Positions 25,396 to 34,984 of a stretch of 64,000 nucleotides of DNA are shown here, one piece after another. Position 1 is the first letter of the stretch, and the number at the start of each line of letters is the position of its first letter. The notes under the pieces are model-generated. The model did no database searches. It was not told where the DNA came from and saw only the letters and a list, made by a program, of their open reading frames with translations. The position numbers were made by a program, and so were the translations under genes. The stretch comes from Planctomycetota bacterium (GTDB lineage Bacteria; Planctomycetota; SZUA-567; H5-PLA8): assembly GCA_045863855.1 (NCBI GenBank), contig BTVV01000004.1, forward strand, positions 1 to 64,000. The letters run 5' to 3'.

Positions 25396-25821
25396 ATGAA
25401 AATCAGCGAAATCATGCGCGCGCCGGCGAAGACGATCAGTCCCGAAGCGGGCCTGGATCGCGCCTTGGTCATGATGCGGCAGCAGCGCATTCGGCATTTG
25501 CCCGTGGTGGAAAACGGGCAGCTCGTGGGGTTGATCACCGACCGCGACCTGCGGCTCTCGATGGTAGAATCCGAAGGCCCCGAGAAACATCCGCCCGGCA
25601 TGTACTTACCCGCGCTAACCAAGGTGCGGACGGTTATGATCCAAGACGTGCTGGTGACCTACCCGGAAGATCCCGTGCCGGAAAAGGCTCAATTGATGGC
25701 CGAGAAAAAGATCGGCTGCTTACCGGTGCTGGAACCCGGAAGCCGGAAGGTCATCGGCATTGTGACCGAAACCGACCTGCTGAAGTTCCTCGCCCGGTTG
25801 CTGAAGGAGAAGGCGTACTGA
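25396..25821 (+). CDS. Tandem CBS-domain protein
   Basis: IRHLPVVENGQLVGLITDRDL and IGCLPV...GIVTETDLL; alternative start at 25381 overlaps the kinase stop. Confidence 0.9.
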   Translation: MKISEIMRAPAKTISPEAGLDRALVMMRQQRIRHLPVVENGQLVGLITDRDLRLSMVESEGPEKHPPGMYLPALTKVRTVMIQDVLVTYPEDPVPEKAQLMAEKKIGCLPVLEPGSRKVIGIVTETDLLKFLARLLKEKAY

Positions 25822-25826
25822 ACCCC

Positions 25827-27449
25827 ATGGAACCCACCGCCGCCGCCGAAGAAGCCGCGGCCCCGGCCGCCGAAGTACTCGCGGCCCGATTCGACGACCT
25901 GAACCTCTCCGAACCGCTCCTGCGAAATCTGCGCGAAGCCGGGTACGAGAAGCCGACGCCGATCCAGGCCAAGGTGATCCCGCTGGCCCTGGATGGGCGG
26001 GACGTACTCGGACAAGCTCAGACGGGCACGGGCAAGACCGCTTCGTTTCTGCTCCCGATCTTCGACCGCCTGAAGCCCGGCCAAGGCAACCCCGGCGCGC
26101 TGATTCTCGCGCCGACGCGCGAACTGGCGATGCAGATTCAGGATCACGTCCAGAGCCTCGGAACCAATCTTGGCTTAAGTTCGGTGACGCTCTACGGCGG
26201 AAGCAGTTATGACCCGCAGATCGCAGCACTGCAGCGCGGCGTCGACTTGGTGGTCGGCACGCCAGGCCGCGTGATGGACCACATGCGCGCGCGCCGTCTG
26301 GATCTGGGCGGCGTGAAGTTCGCGGTGCTCGACGAGGCCGACCGGATGCTCGACTTGGGCTTCCGCAAGGATATCGAATACATCCTGCGCCATTGCCCAG
26401 TGGAACGGCAGACCCTGCTGCTCTCGGCCACCTTCCCCGACGAGATCCAGAAGCTGGGCCGGCGCTTCATGCGCGATCCGATCCACATCGGCGTGGATCC
26501 CGAACGGCTCACGGTGGACCAAATCGAACAGTTCTACGTAGCCGTGGAAGACGAACAGAAATGGGCGGCGCTGCTGAAGCTGCTGGACGTCGAACGCCCG
26601 GCGTTGGCGATCATCTTCTGCAACACCAAGCATGCCGCCAAGAAGCTCGCGGCGCGGCTGAAGGCCATCGGCATCGCGGCGCGCGAGATTCACGGCGATC
26701 TGGTGCAGAAGAAGCGCGAGAAGATCATGGCCGGCTTCCGCAGCGGCAAGGTGCTGCTGCTTGTTGCTACCGACGTGGCCAGCCGCGGCATCGACGTGAC
26801 GGACATCTCGCACATCATCAACTACAACGTGCCGTTCAAGATCGAGGATTACGTTCACCGCATCGGGCGCACGGGGCGCATCGGAAAGAGCGGCAAGGCG
26901 TTTACGCTCGTCAATCGCGAGGAAGCGCGCTTCCTGACCGAGATCGAAATTCTGATCAACCGCGAGCTGACGCCGGTGAGCTTCCCCACGCTGGAAAGCA
27001 TTTTCTGGCCCAAGCCGCCCACCGATATCCCGCCCGAGTTCAGAACCGAAGACCAGGACAGCGAAGTGGGTCAGGACGATTACATCGAAGATAACGATCG
27101 CGGCGGCGGCGGAGGGGGCGGCGGAGGCCGCTTTGGCCGGCGCGGCGGTGGAGGGGGCGGTCGAGGAGGCGGTGGGCGTGGCGGCGGGGGCGGCGGACGA
27201 GGTCGCGGCGGCCACGGCGGCGGACGACGAGACCACGGTCCGCGCGAACAAGCAGCGCCCGCACAGACTCCGGCGCCGGAAGTCTCGGCAAGTGCAACAG
27301 ACACGGGGCCCAGCGCGAGCGGTGGCACGGGAGGCGCGGACGGCGAGCAGAAGCGCCGCCGGCGCAGACGCGGACGGCGTGGCAAAGGCGGAGGTTCGAC
27401 GCCGGGCGGAGCGCCCAGCGAAGCCGCACCGCCTCAGGAAGCTCAATAG
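25827..27449 (+). CDS. DEAD-box RNA helicase with Gly/Arg-rich C-terminal tail
   Basis: Q motif PTPIQ, AQTGTGKT, PTREL, TPGR, DEAD, SAT, SRGID, HRIGRTGR. Confidence 0.95.
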   Translation: MEPTAAAEEAAAPAAEVLAARFDDLNLSEPLLRNLREAGYEKPTPIQAKVIPLALDGRDVLGQAQTGTGKTASFLLPIFDRLKPGQGNPGALILAPTRELAMQIQDHVQSLGTNLGLSSVTLYGGSSYDPQIAALQRGVDLVVGTPGRVMDHMRARRLDLGGVKFAVLDEADRMLDLGFRKDIEYILRHCPVERQTLLLSATFPDEIQKLGRRFMRDPIHIGVDPERLTVDQIEQFYVAVEDEQKWAALLKLLDVERPALAIIFCNTKHAAKKLAARLKAIGIAAREIHGDLVQKKREKIMAGFRSGKVLLLVATDVASRGIDVTDISHIINYNVPFKIEDYVHRIGRTGRIGKSGKAFTLVNREEARFLTEIEILINRELTPVSFPTLESIFWPKPPTDIPPEFRTEDQDSEVGQDDYIEDNDRGGGGGGGGGRFGRRGGGGGGRGGGGRGGGGGGRGRGGHGGGRRDHGPREQAAPAQTPAPEVSASATDTGPSASGGTGGADGEQKRRRRRRGRRGKGGGSTPGGAPSEAAPPQEAQ

Positions 27450-27612
27450 ACGAAGCGGTGCTCTAGAGGGAAAGGGCGCTCGACGCGCGAGCGGGGGCGC
27501 CAAAATATCGCAAGCAGGGGCTTGCTCCCACACGGGGGCGATCACGTATACTGTAGCCGGCATCCGCGCACCATCGGGTGCGCCCTCTATGATGGCATGA
27601 AGGCGAATACTT

Positions 27613-27966
27613 ATGGAAGCCACCCAGCCAGAACGCAACCCCGACGACAAACTCATTCACTGCACGGACTGCGGGAAAGACTTTCTCTTTACCGCGGGCG
27701 AGCAGCGCTACTACGAACAGCGCGGGTTTAATCCTCCGCGGCGTTGCAAGGATTGCCGCGATAAGCGCAAGTCGGAGAAGGATTCCGGCCGGCAATCCGG
27801 CGCGGGCGTGGATTCGAAACGCGAGATGTTCCGCGTGATCTGTGCGTCGTGCGGCGTCGAGACGAGCGTGCCGTTCAAGCCCGATCCCAGCCGCCCCGTC
27901 TTCTGCCAGCGCTGCTATCTGCAGAGCCGCGAAGACAAGGCGGGCGGGCGCACGCGCAGCGAATAG
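27613..27966 (+). CDS. Double zinc-ribbon protein (zf-trcl-like + CxxC-x17-CxxC)
   Basis: CTDC...FLFTAGEQ...PRRCKDCR and CASCG...VPFKP..SRPVFCQRC. Confidence 0.9.
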   Translation: MEATQPERNPDDKLIHCTDCGKDFLFTAGEQRYYEQRGFNPPRRCKDCRDKRKSEKDSGRQSGAGVDSKREMFRVICASCGVETSVPFKPDPSRPVFCQRCYLQSREDKAGGRTRSE

Positions 27967-28000
27967 CGCCTCGGCATGCGCGCGGCGTGCGATCCCAACC

Positions 28001-29089
28001 TCAACGTGTATTGGCGCGGACGTGGACGATATCGGCGTCCTGGACCACGTATTCCTTGCCTTCGAGCCTGAATTTTCCGGCGGCTTTGACGGCCTTCTCG
28101 TCGCCCGCGGCGATGAGATCGTCGTAGGAAAAGACCTCGGCGCGAATGAAACCCTTGGAGAGATCCGTATGGATCTTTCCGGCGGCTACGACGGCGGTAT
28201 CGCCGCGCTGGATCGTCCAGGCGCGGACTTCGTCTTCGCCGACGGTGAAGAACCCGATCGCGCCCAAGGCCGCGTAGGCCTGCCGGGCAAGCTTCGCCGA
28301 AGCCGCTTCCTTAATGCCCATGTCCGCCAGGAAGACGGCGCGCTCGGCCTCCGGCAACTGGCCGATCTCCATCTCCAGCTTCGCGCACAGCGCCACCGAA
28401 CCGGGGTGCTTCGCCTCGAGTTCTTCTCCCTTGCCGCCGGGACCTAAATCGCCTTCGCCCACGTTGAAGACGACGACCTGCTCCTTGTCGGTCAGGAACT
28501 GGAACGCGTCGACGTGTTTCTGTTCGTCCTCGTTGGCCGGCTTGAACTGGCGCACGGGCTTGCCGTCCTCGAGCAGCGCGAGCACCTTCTCCAGCGTCGC
28601 GAGTTCTTTCTTATCCTGTTCCTGGGTCTTGGTCGGCTTGGTGGCCTGCACGCGGAGCTTCTCGACACGCGTGGTGGTTTGGGCCAAGTCGGCGAAGAGC
28701 AGTTCGCTGTCGATCTCGCCGAAGTCGCGCAGCGGATCGACGCTTTCGAGCACATGCGGTACGTCGTCGCTCTCGAAGGCGCGGACGATCTGGACGATGG
28801 CGTCGACCTCGCGGAGCTTGCCGAGGAGTTCGCCCTTGATCTCCTTCCCGCCGCCGCCGGTACCGCTGATCAGGCCGGTGAAATCGAGGCAGTCGACAAC
28901 GGCCGGCTTGAAGCTCTTGGGCTTGTACATGTCGCGGAGCTTCCACAGCCGCGCGTCGGGGACGGTCATGATCCCAAGATGCTGCCCAGGCTGGTTGCTG
29001 TACTGCCCCACGGGCTGCGCGCCGCCGGTGACGGCGTTAAAGAGGCTGGTCTTACCCGAGGCCGGAAAACCGATGATGCCAAGCTTCAC
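28001..29089 (-). CDS. YchF-like (Obg family, DUF933) NTPase, probably a paralog
   Basis: GFPASGKT, VPDARL, FFTVGEDEVRAW, AAGKIHTD..KGFIRAEV, RLEGKEYVVQD. Confidence 0.88.
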   Translation of the reverse strand: MKLGIIGFPASGKTSLFNAVTGGAQPVGQYSNQPGQHLGIMTVPDARLWKLRDMYKPKSFKPAVVDCLDFTGLISGTGGGGKEIKGELLGKLREVDAIVQIVRAFESDDVPHVLESVDPLRDFGEIDSELLFADLAQTTTRVEKLRVQATKPTKTQEQDKKELATLEKVLALLEDGKPVRQFKPANEDEQKHVDAFQFLTDKEQVVVFNVGEGDLGPGGKGEELEAKHPGSVALCAKLEMEIGQLPEAERAVFLADMGIKEAASAKLARQAYAALGAIGFFTVGEDEVRAWTIQRGDTAVVAAGKIHTDLSKGFIRAEVFSYDDLIAAGDEKAVKAAGKFRLEGKEYVVQDADIVHVRANTR

Positions 29090-29245
29090 GAATCTTCTCC
29101 GATGGTTTGCCCAAGAACCTTCCTATTGTGCGACTCCGGCGCGCAGATGCAACTGAGGTGGCGAGGTGCATTTACAAACGCTTGACTGTACTGCAGCGGG
29201 GAGGTCGCGGCAGGCTGAGTAAATCCGAGAGCAAAGGCGCCCCCC

Positions 29246-29665
29246 ATGATGACCGCCTCCCTTACCTCAATGGCCTGCGGATTTTGCAACGGGTACCTGA
29301 GTTTTTTCCTGATGCCGGCTCTGCCCGCATGGGGAACCGTGTTTATCTTGTGGTGCCTGTTGTGCTGCAAGTACGCGGAGCCCGGAAGGAGTCTTGCTTG
29401 GGGCTGGTTGCTGGCAGCACCTTTCGTATTGGTCGTAGGCGCATTGGTATCGACTGAAGTGTGGAGCTTTTTCCTTATCGCCTGGACCGTGGTGGTCTTC
29501 AGACGGCTCAGGCTGTGTAAGACGCAGGTGCATACGCTTATTTGCGATAAGTCGATCCAAAGGCGCTGGTGCTTCGCGGAGCGATTTCACCGAACCATCT
29601 TGTGGTTGCTCTTGGGCGGAATCGCCGGATCGGGCATGCGGTATTACGTGTTCCCACCCTTTTGA
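29246..29665 (+). CDS. Hypothetical membrane protein
   Basis: Several hydrophobic segments; visibly lower GC than its neighbours. Confidence 0.5.
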   Translation: MMTASLTSMACGFCNGYLSFFLMPALPAWGTVFILWCLLCCKYAEPGRSLAWGWLLAAPFVLVVGALVSTEVWSFFLIAWTVVVFRRLRLCKTQVHTLICDKSIQRRWCFAERFHRTILWLLLGGIAGSGMRYYVFPPF

Positions 29666-29675
29666 CTGCAATTCC

Positions 29676-31133
29676 TTAAGGCTTCAACTGCGCGTCCAGC
29701 CAAGGTAAGCTGCGTGAGCCTTCGAAGAAATGCCCTCCGTCAAAAATGTGCAAGCGTAAGCGCTCGCGGGCGCCGGCGGCTTCGTACACGGCCTCGATCC
29801 GCCGCCAGGCTTCCAAGGCAAAGACCTCCGGCGATGTTCCGTCGTCGGCGCCCAGTTCCAGAAAAAGCGCGCGTGGCGCCGCCAGCGCGTACAAGTCCGG
29901 CAGGTCGGCTTCAGCCAGCAGCCCCGGCAGCAAGTACTTCACGCAGCCTTGCCCGAACAGCACGCGTTCGCGCAACAGGTTCAGCGCTCCGCTGACGACG
30001 ACCGCCTGGACGCGGCGGTCGAGCGCCGCGCAGAGGCCGCTAGTGCGACCGCCCAGCGAAAGGCCCAGCACGCCCAGCCGTGAGCCGTCGACTTCCGGGC
30101 GCGCGGCGAGTACGTCCAGCCACGTGCGCCATTCGAGGGCCTCAGTCTGGGCCGGCCAGCGCCCGGCGGAAAGCCCGCGCAGGAACTGAACGTCGCACGG
30201 ATCGCGCTTATAGCGTTCGGACTGCGCGAGCGGATCGCGGCGCGTGCCGAAGTTCCGAATATCGGGCGCCAGCACCACGTACCCGCGTCGTGCCAACAGC
30301 ACGCCGTAATCGCGATGCCCGTCGGACGGCAGCGCGCCGGTAACGCGCCCGCGCCCCGGCCCGTGTCCGTGCAGCGCCAGAACACCGGGCACCGAACGCG
30401 TCAGACCCAGAGGCACAAGCAACGTCGCTTCCGCCGCCACGTCACCGGGCAGACCCACAGAAAGTTCGTAGCGCTGCAGCCCGTCGGCCTCGCACGCATG
30501 GAGCACCGTGACATGAAGTGGCCGACCGGCCTCGAGTTGAAGCAACTCTTCCCAGTACGCACGCAGGCCTTCGGCCCAGCGCGCGGCGTCTTGTCCGCGC
30601 GTAAACTCGCGCGCGCCCGGCCGATTCAGCGCGCGGTACTCCGGCGTCGCGCCAGAATCGGCATCCGCAGAACTAGCCTCCGGAACGGCAACAACCACCG
30701 GCGCTTGAAGATCCGCCAGCCGCACGCACGCAAAGGCGCTGGCGGCGGCTTCGAACTCGAGGTCCAGTACGTTTGCGCCCGCAGCAAGCTGCAGCGGCCA
30801 GCGCGCGGATTCGGGAACAAGCGCCCAGTCCGGCGGGCGCGTCGCTCCCGTTTGGGTTCCGCACGCCCAGCGCACGCCGCGAAAGGTGCCCAGCTCCAAA
30901 GTTACTATCTGAACTGCACTGCTATGCAGGACACAGGCGATGCGGCAGCGGCCGTCCACCGCGTGGAGCTTGCGCGGCTGCAGAGAGAAATCGAGACCCA
31001 GGTCCACCGGCGCGGCGGCTAGTATTCCGTCCGCGTCGAGCGCCGTGCCGAAGGTTCCTGCGGGCTGCGCAAACCACGTCACGAAGCCTTCCAAGCCTGC
31101 TCTGCGTGCTAACGCGCGAACGAACATGCGCAC
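29676..31133 (-). CDS. Alpha/beta hydrolase (dienelactone-hydrolase/acetylxylan-esterase-like) with N-terminal extension
   Basis: ALHGHG, GYVVLAPD, nucleophile GLSLGG, APRALF, GGH. Confidence 0.8.
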   Translation of the reverse strand: MRMFVRALARRAGLEGFVTWFAQPAGTFGTALDADGILAAAPVDLGLDFSLQPRKLHAVDGRCRIACVLHSSAVQIVTLELGTFRGVRWACGTQTGATRPPDWALVPESARWPLQLAAGANVLDLEFEAAASAFACVRLADLQAPVVVAVPEASSADADSGATPEYRALNRPGAREFTRGQDAARWAEGLRAYWEELLQLEAGRPLHVTVLHACEADGLQRYELSVGLPGDVAAEATLLVPLGLTRSVPGVLALHGHGPGRGRVTGALPSDGHRDYGVLLARRGYVVLAPDIRNFGTRRDPLAQSERYKRDPCDVQFLRGLSAGRWPAQTEALEWRTWLDVLAARPEVDGSRLGVLGLSLGGRTSGLCAALDRRVQAVVVSGALNLLRERVLFGQGCVKYLLPGLLAEADLPDLYALAAPRALFLELGADDGTSPEVFALEAWRRIEAVYEAAGARERLRLHIFDGGHFFEGSRSLPWLDAQLKP

Positions 31134-31143
31134 AACTCCCTGC

Positions 31144-32313
31144 CTACGGTGTGGTCCGGTTAGGCGTCCAAGCCGGCAATACGATGCCGAGCTGCTCGAA
31201 CAAAGCCGCGAGATCTTCCGGCGGCGGCGCGGTAAGCGTCAGCGGATGGGCGTGAATCGGATGCGCCAGCTCCAGCGCCTCGGCGTGAAGGCAAACGCGC
31301 GGGCGCACGTCGCCGAAGGCCGGGTGGGACTCCACGCCGCCGTACGCGATGTCGCCGACGAGCGGAAACCCGAGCGTTTTGGCGTGAATGCGAATCTGGT
31401 GGCTGCGGCCGGTGCGCGGATGTGCGCGCAGAGCGGAGAATCCTCCGCACTTCGAGACGGCTACCCGCACGTAGCGCGTCTGGGACTCGCGGGCGTCGAT
31501 GCCGTCGATGGACATAACGTGCTTGTCCGCCGGATCCACGCCGATGGCCGCATCGATCTCGGTCGCGTCCCACTCCGGCACGCCTTGCACGAGGCAAAGG
31601 TATGTCTTCTTAAGTAAGCGGTTCTCGAACTGGCGCGTCAGGTCGGCGTGCGCTTTCTTATCGAGCGCGTAGATCATCACGCCGCTGGTGGGCTCGTCGA
31701 GACGGTGGACGGTCCCCAAGTGGAAGGACGGGTCGGCTTCGAGCTGTTCGCGAAAGTAATGCAGCAAGCCGTTGTAGAGCGTGCCCTTCGCGTTCCCGCG
31801 CGCCGGGTGCACGACCACGCCGGCGGGCTTGACCAACGCGATGACGAATTCGTCCTCGTACAGCACTTCGAACGGAATCTCTTCGGGATCGTGCTTGCTG
31901 GGCTGATCCAGCACGATGGTGACGCGCTCGCCATGCGCGACATGCCGGCTCGACTTCACCGGCTGCCCGTCGATCAATACCTTGCCGTCTTTGATCATTT
32001 GTTGCAGGAAGCTGCGCGAGTATCCGCGAAAGCGGAGTTGGAGGTATTTATCCAGTCGCCTCGGCGCGCCGGGACGCAGTTGCCCGATCTCGAACTCGTA
32101 GCACTCCGGCCCGCCGCGTCGCGCGCGGGGGAAATCGAACTTCGTCTTCAGGCCGTGCGGTCGAACCCAAACCGGTTCGCCGTCTTCGCCCATCTCGAGC
32201 CGCTCGGCATTGGAAGGATGCGACGCGCCCATGTCCGGTTCCACCGCGAACGCGCCGACCGCGCGCTCCGACACCCGTATGGTACCCGGGAGTCTGCGGG
32301 CGCGCTCAGCCAA
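31144..32313 (-). CDS. RluA/RluD-family pseudouridine synthase with S4 domain (start uncertain)
   Basis: RLDKYL...SRS, KPAGVVVHP, HRLD, TGRSHQIRIH, LVGDIAYG, LHA. Confidence 0.92.
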   Translation of the reverse strand: MAERARRLPGTIRVSERAVGAFAVEPDMGASHPSNAERLEMGEDGEPVWVRPHGLKTKFDFPRARRGGPECYEFEIGQLRPGAPRRLDKYLQLRFRGYSRSFLQQMIKDGKVLIDGQPVKSSRHVAHGERVTIVLDQPSKHDPEEIPFEVLYEDEFVIALVKPAGVVVHPARGNAKGTLYNGLLHYFREQLEADPSFHLGTVHRLDEPTSGVMIYALDKKAHADLTRQFENRLLKKTYLCLVQGVPEWDATEIDAAIGVDPADKHVMSIDGIDARESQTRYVRVAVSKCGGFSALRAHPRTGRSHQIRIHAKTLGFPLVGDIAYGGVESHPAFGDVRPRVCLHAEALELAHPIHAHPLTLTAPPPEDLAALFEQLGIVLPAWTPNRTTP

Positions 32314-32430
32314 GCCGTGGATGGCGCCGGACCGGGTTACTTCAATATAGCTTCCATCGCCGCGCGCTGTGGGTGCCCCGGATGCAGATCCAACGCCCGC
32401 CTGAGGAACTTACGGCGCTCCCTGCGAGAT

Positions 32431-34059
32431 TCAGGGCATTGCGTGTTTCGGTCCGCTTTCGCCCGGTTTACGCATGCCGGCTTGGATGCAGGCTTCCTTT
32501 AAGCGGCGTTTATCCGCTTCGGCAAGTTCCAGAATCTGCAAGCCCAATACCCACGCGCCGGGCGAATCGGGTTCGTTGGTTTTCACGAAGCGTAAGCTGC
32601 ACAGGCATTTCACCGGCTGCGGCTCGATCAACACCGTCATGCTCACGCATAACCCGCGGCGGCGGAGGTCTTCGGGAGAGCCCAAGCCCGGATCGGGGCC
32701 TTCGATCGAGAATCCGCCTTCGCTGATGTCCACCGTGCGGCCCTGGCATTCGGCGTCGGCGACGACCCGGCCCAAGCGGTTACAGAATTGGTAACGCACC
32801 GGGAATTCGCAGCGATAGCGCATGTGGCGGCGTTCGTTGCGCTTTTCCTTGGGTCGCAGTTGATCGATCGCGAGCAGCACCAGGTCTTCCTGAGCGAGGA
32901 ATATTTCGATATGCCTCTGCGAGATGCGTTCCATCTCTTCGAGCACGTCGGCGGGCAGCGGATTGGCCACGGCGATGCAGAGTACTCGGCGCGATTCGTC
33001 GAAGGGCACGAACTCATGCCGCTGCATCATCGGAAACGGAAAGACATGCGCCAAGGACTCTGGAATTTCTGCGCCCTGCAGGTCGGTCATCGGCAATCCG
33101 GACTGCAAAGCCAGCGCACGGCAGAGTTCGTCGGGCTGGATCAACCCTTCTCGAAGCAAGTAGCGGCCTAAGCGTTCGCCCGAAAAACGCGAACGCTCGA
33201 CGGCGGCAGCGATTTCGTCGTCGCCGAGCTTGCCCATGTGGACCAGTATTTCTCCGACGCGCTTGCCGCGAAAGGGATCGGCAGCGCGCGGTTCAACATC
33301 TTCTTCGGCCAAAGGCGGCGGAGGCGGGGGCGCGAGCGGCGAACCATCCGATTCGCTCGCGGCCTCCGTAGCTTCCGGCACTTCGGACGGAGGCGGATCC
33401 GGAGGAGTTTCCCGCGGCTGAAGAGCGTGCAATTCCGCAGCTGCTTCGGCAGGGCTCAATTCTTCCAAGGCCGGATACCCGGCCGGTGCGGCGTGGAGGC
33501 TGGCGTTGGTAGAAGGAACGGCCGGCGTGCGCGTGCCGCTGACCGGCGCGGGCGGCACATCCGGACGCGCACGGTCCCCGCGTTCGACGCGCGTCGTGGT
33601 CGTCGAGCCTTTGGTGCTGGCCCCCACCAGATAGGCCGCCGAATCGACCACCTTGCCGGTGCCGAACGCGTCGCGAACCTTGTCGGTGGCGAAAAAGAGC
33701 ATCACCTTCTGAAGCAACTCGCGCTGCTCGCGCGAGACGTTGCGGAACTGCAAGCCTAGTTCCATGCCGCCGCCGGCGGTGGGATCCAAGCGGCGGATCT
33801 CGACTTCTAACGGCACATTCCTGAGATGGGGCGGACAGGTGAGTTCGATGTTCAGCGGACGCTGCGGCCCGAGCACGCGTTTCCATGCATCGGCGACGGC
33901 GGCATCCAAGGCGTGCAGCGGCGCGAGGCAGCGGCAGCCGCCTTCGCTCATATCCAACAAGTTACAAGCTACGGAGGGAACCCCTCCGTAACGCAGCAGC
34001 ACGATGCCATCGCCCACCCGGAGGCGGACGTTGGTCCTGAGCCGCTCTTCTTTGCTCAT
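32431..34059 (-). CDS. PilZ - MshEN/T2SSE_N - PilZ protein
   Basis: RTNVR + DMSEGG; RVGEILVHMGKL...RLGRYLLREGLI..DELCRALALQ followed by a GspE-N domain (IAVANP); RRHMR + DISEGG. Confidence 0.85.
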   Translation of the reverse strand: MSKEERLRTNVRLRVGDGIVLLRYGGVPSVACNLLDMSEGGCRCLAPLHALDAAVADAWKRVLGPQRPLNIELTCPPHLRNVPLEVEIRRLDPTAGGGMELGLQFRNVSREQRELLQKVMLFFATDKVRDAFGTGKVVDSAAYLVGASTKGSTTTTRVERGDRARPDVPPAPVSGTRTPAVPSTNASLHAAPAGYPALEELSPAEAAAELHALQPRETPPDPPPSEVPEATEAASESDGSPLAPPPPPPLAEEDVEPRAADPFRGKRVGEILVHMGKLGDDEIAAAVERSRFSGERLGRYLLREGLIQPDELCRALALQSGLPMTDLQGAEIPESLAHVFPFPMMQRHEFVPFDESRRVLCIAVANPLPADVLEEMERISQRHIEIFLAQEDLVLLAIDQLRPKEKRNERRHMRYRCEFPVRYQFCNRLGRVVADAECQGRTVDISEGGFSIEGPDPGLGSPEDLRRRGLCVSMTVLIEPQPVKCLCSLRFVKTNEPDSPGAWVLGLQILELAEADKRRLKEACIQAGMRKPGESGPKHAMP

Positions 34060-34198
34060 GCGCTCGTAAGCCGCTCCCCCGGCAGGCCGCTGCGGCGCAG
34101 ACCGGTCCCATCAGGATAGCGCGCTAAGTGAAGGTGTACAACCGTCTTGCGGAAGGGTCCGGCGGCGGTTCGCGCCACCGCAGGACCGGTTCAGGGGA

Positions 34199-34942
34199 TC
34201 AACCAAGCAGCTTGGCGAGAAGAAATTCCCGATTGAGCCGCGCGATGTTGTCGAGGCTGATGGATTTCGGGCACTCGGCCTCGCAGGCGCCGGTATTGGT
34301 GCAGTTTCCGAACCCGACTTCGTCCATGGTCTGGACCATAGATTTCACGCGCTTGCGGCTTTCGGGCTGGCCCTGGGGCAGCAGCGCGAGGTGGCTGACC
34401 TTGGCGCTGACGAAGAGCATGGCGCTGGCGTTCTTGCACGCGGCTACGCAGGCCCCGCAGCCGATGCAGGCCGCCGCATCCATCGCTCGTTCGGCGTCGT
34501 CCTTCGGGACCGGCAGACCATTGGCGTCGGGCGCGTTGCCTGTGTTGATGCTGATGAAGCCGCCGGCTTGGATGATTTTGTCGAAAGCGCTGCGGTCGAC
34601 CACCAGATCGCGCACGACCGGGAAGGCCTGAGCGCGCCAAGGCTCGAGCGTCAAGGTGTCGCCGTCCCGGAAGTTGCGCATGTAGAGCTGGCAGGTGGTG
34701 ACCGCGTTGCGCGGGCCGTGCGGGCGGCCGTTGATGGCGATACCGCATGTTCCGCAGATACCTTCGCGGCAATCGTGGTCGAACGCGATGGGCTCTTCGC
34801 CCTTCGCTTCCATCTCGTTATTGACCACGTCCAGCATCTCGAGGAACGAAGCGTCCGGCGAAATGTCCTTGGCCTGATAGGTCACGAACTGCCCGGAGCT
34901 TTGCCCGTTCTTCTGGCGCCACACGTTCAAGGTGAAGTTCAT
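34199..34942 (-). CDS. sdhB: Succinate dehydrogenase/fumarate reductase iron-sulfur subunit
   Basis: [28 protein letters not shown]. Confidence 0.95.
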   Translation of the reverse strand: MNFTLNVWRQKNGQSSGQFVTYQAKDISPDASFLEMLDVVNNEMEAKGEEPIAFDHDCREGICGTCGIAINGRPHGPRNAVTTCQLYMRNFRDGDTLTLEPWRAQAFPVVRDLVVDRSAFDKIIQAGGFISINTGNAPDANGLPVPKDDAERAMDAAACIGCGACVAACKNASAMLFVSAKVSHLALLPQGQPESRKRVKSMVQTMDEVGFGNCTNTGACEAECPKSISLDNIARLNREFLLAKLLG

Positions 34943-34984
34943 CGCGTTCTCTCCCGGACCGCGCCGCTGCGCGAACCGATGGCC

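Noticed and set aside
29100..29670. Lower-GC patch as a mobile element
   Set aside because: No transposase, integrase, terminal repeats or target duplication seen; only a small membrane ORF.
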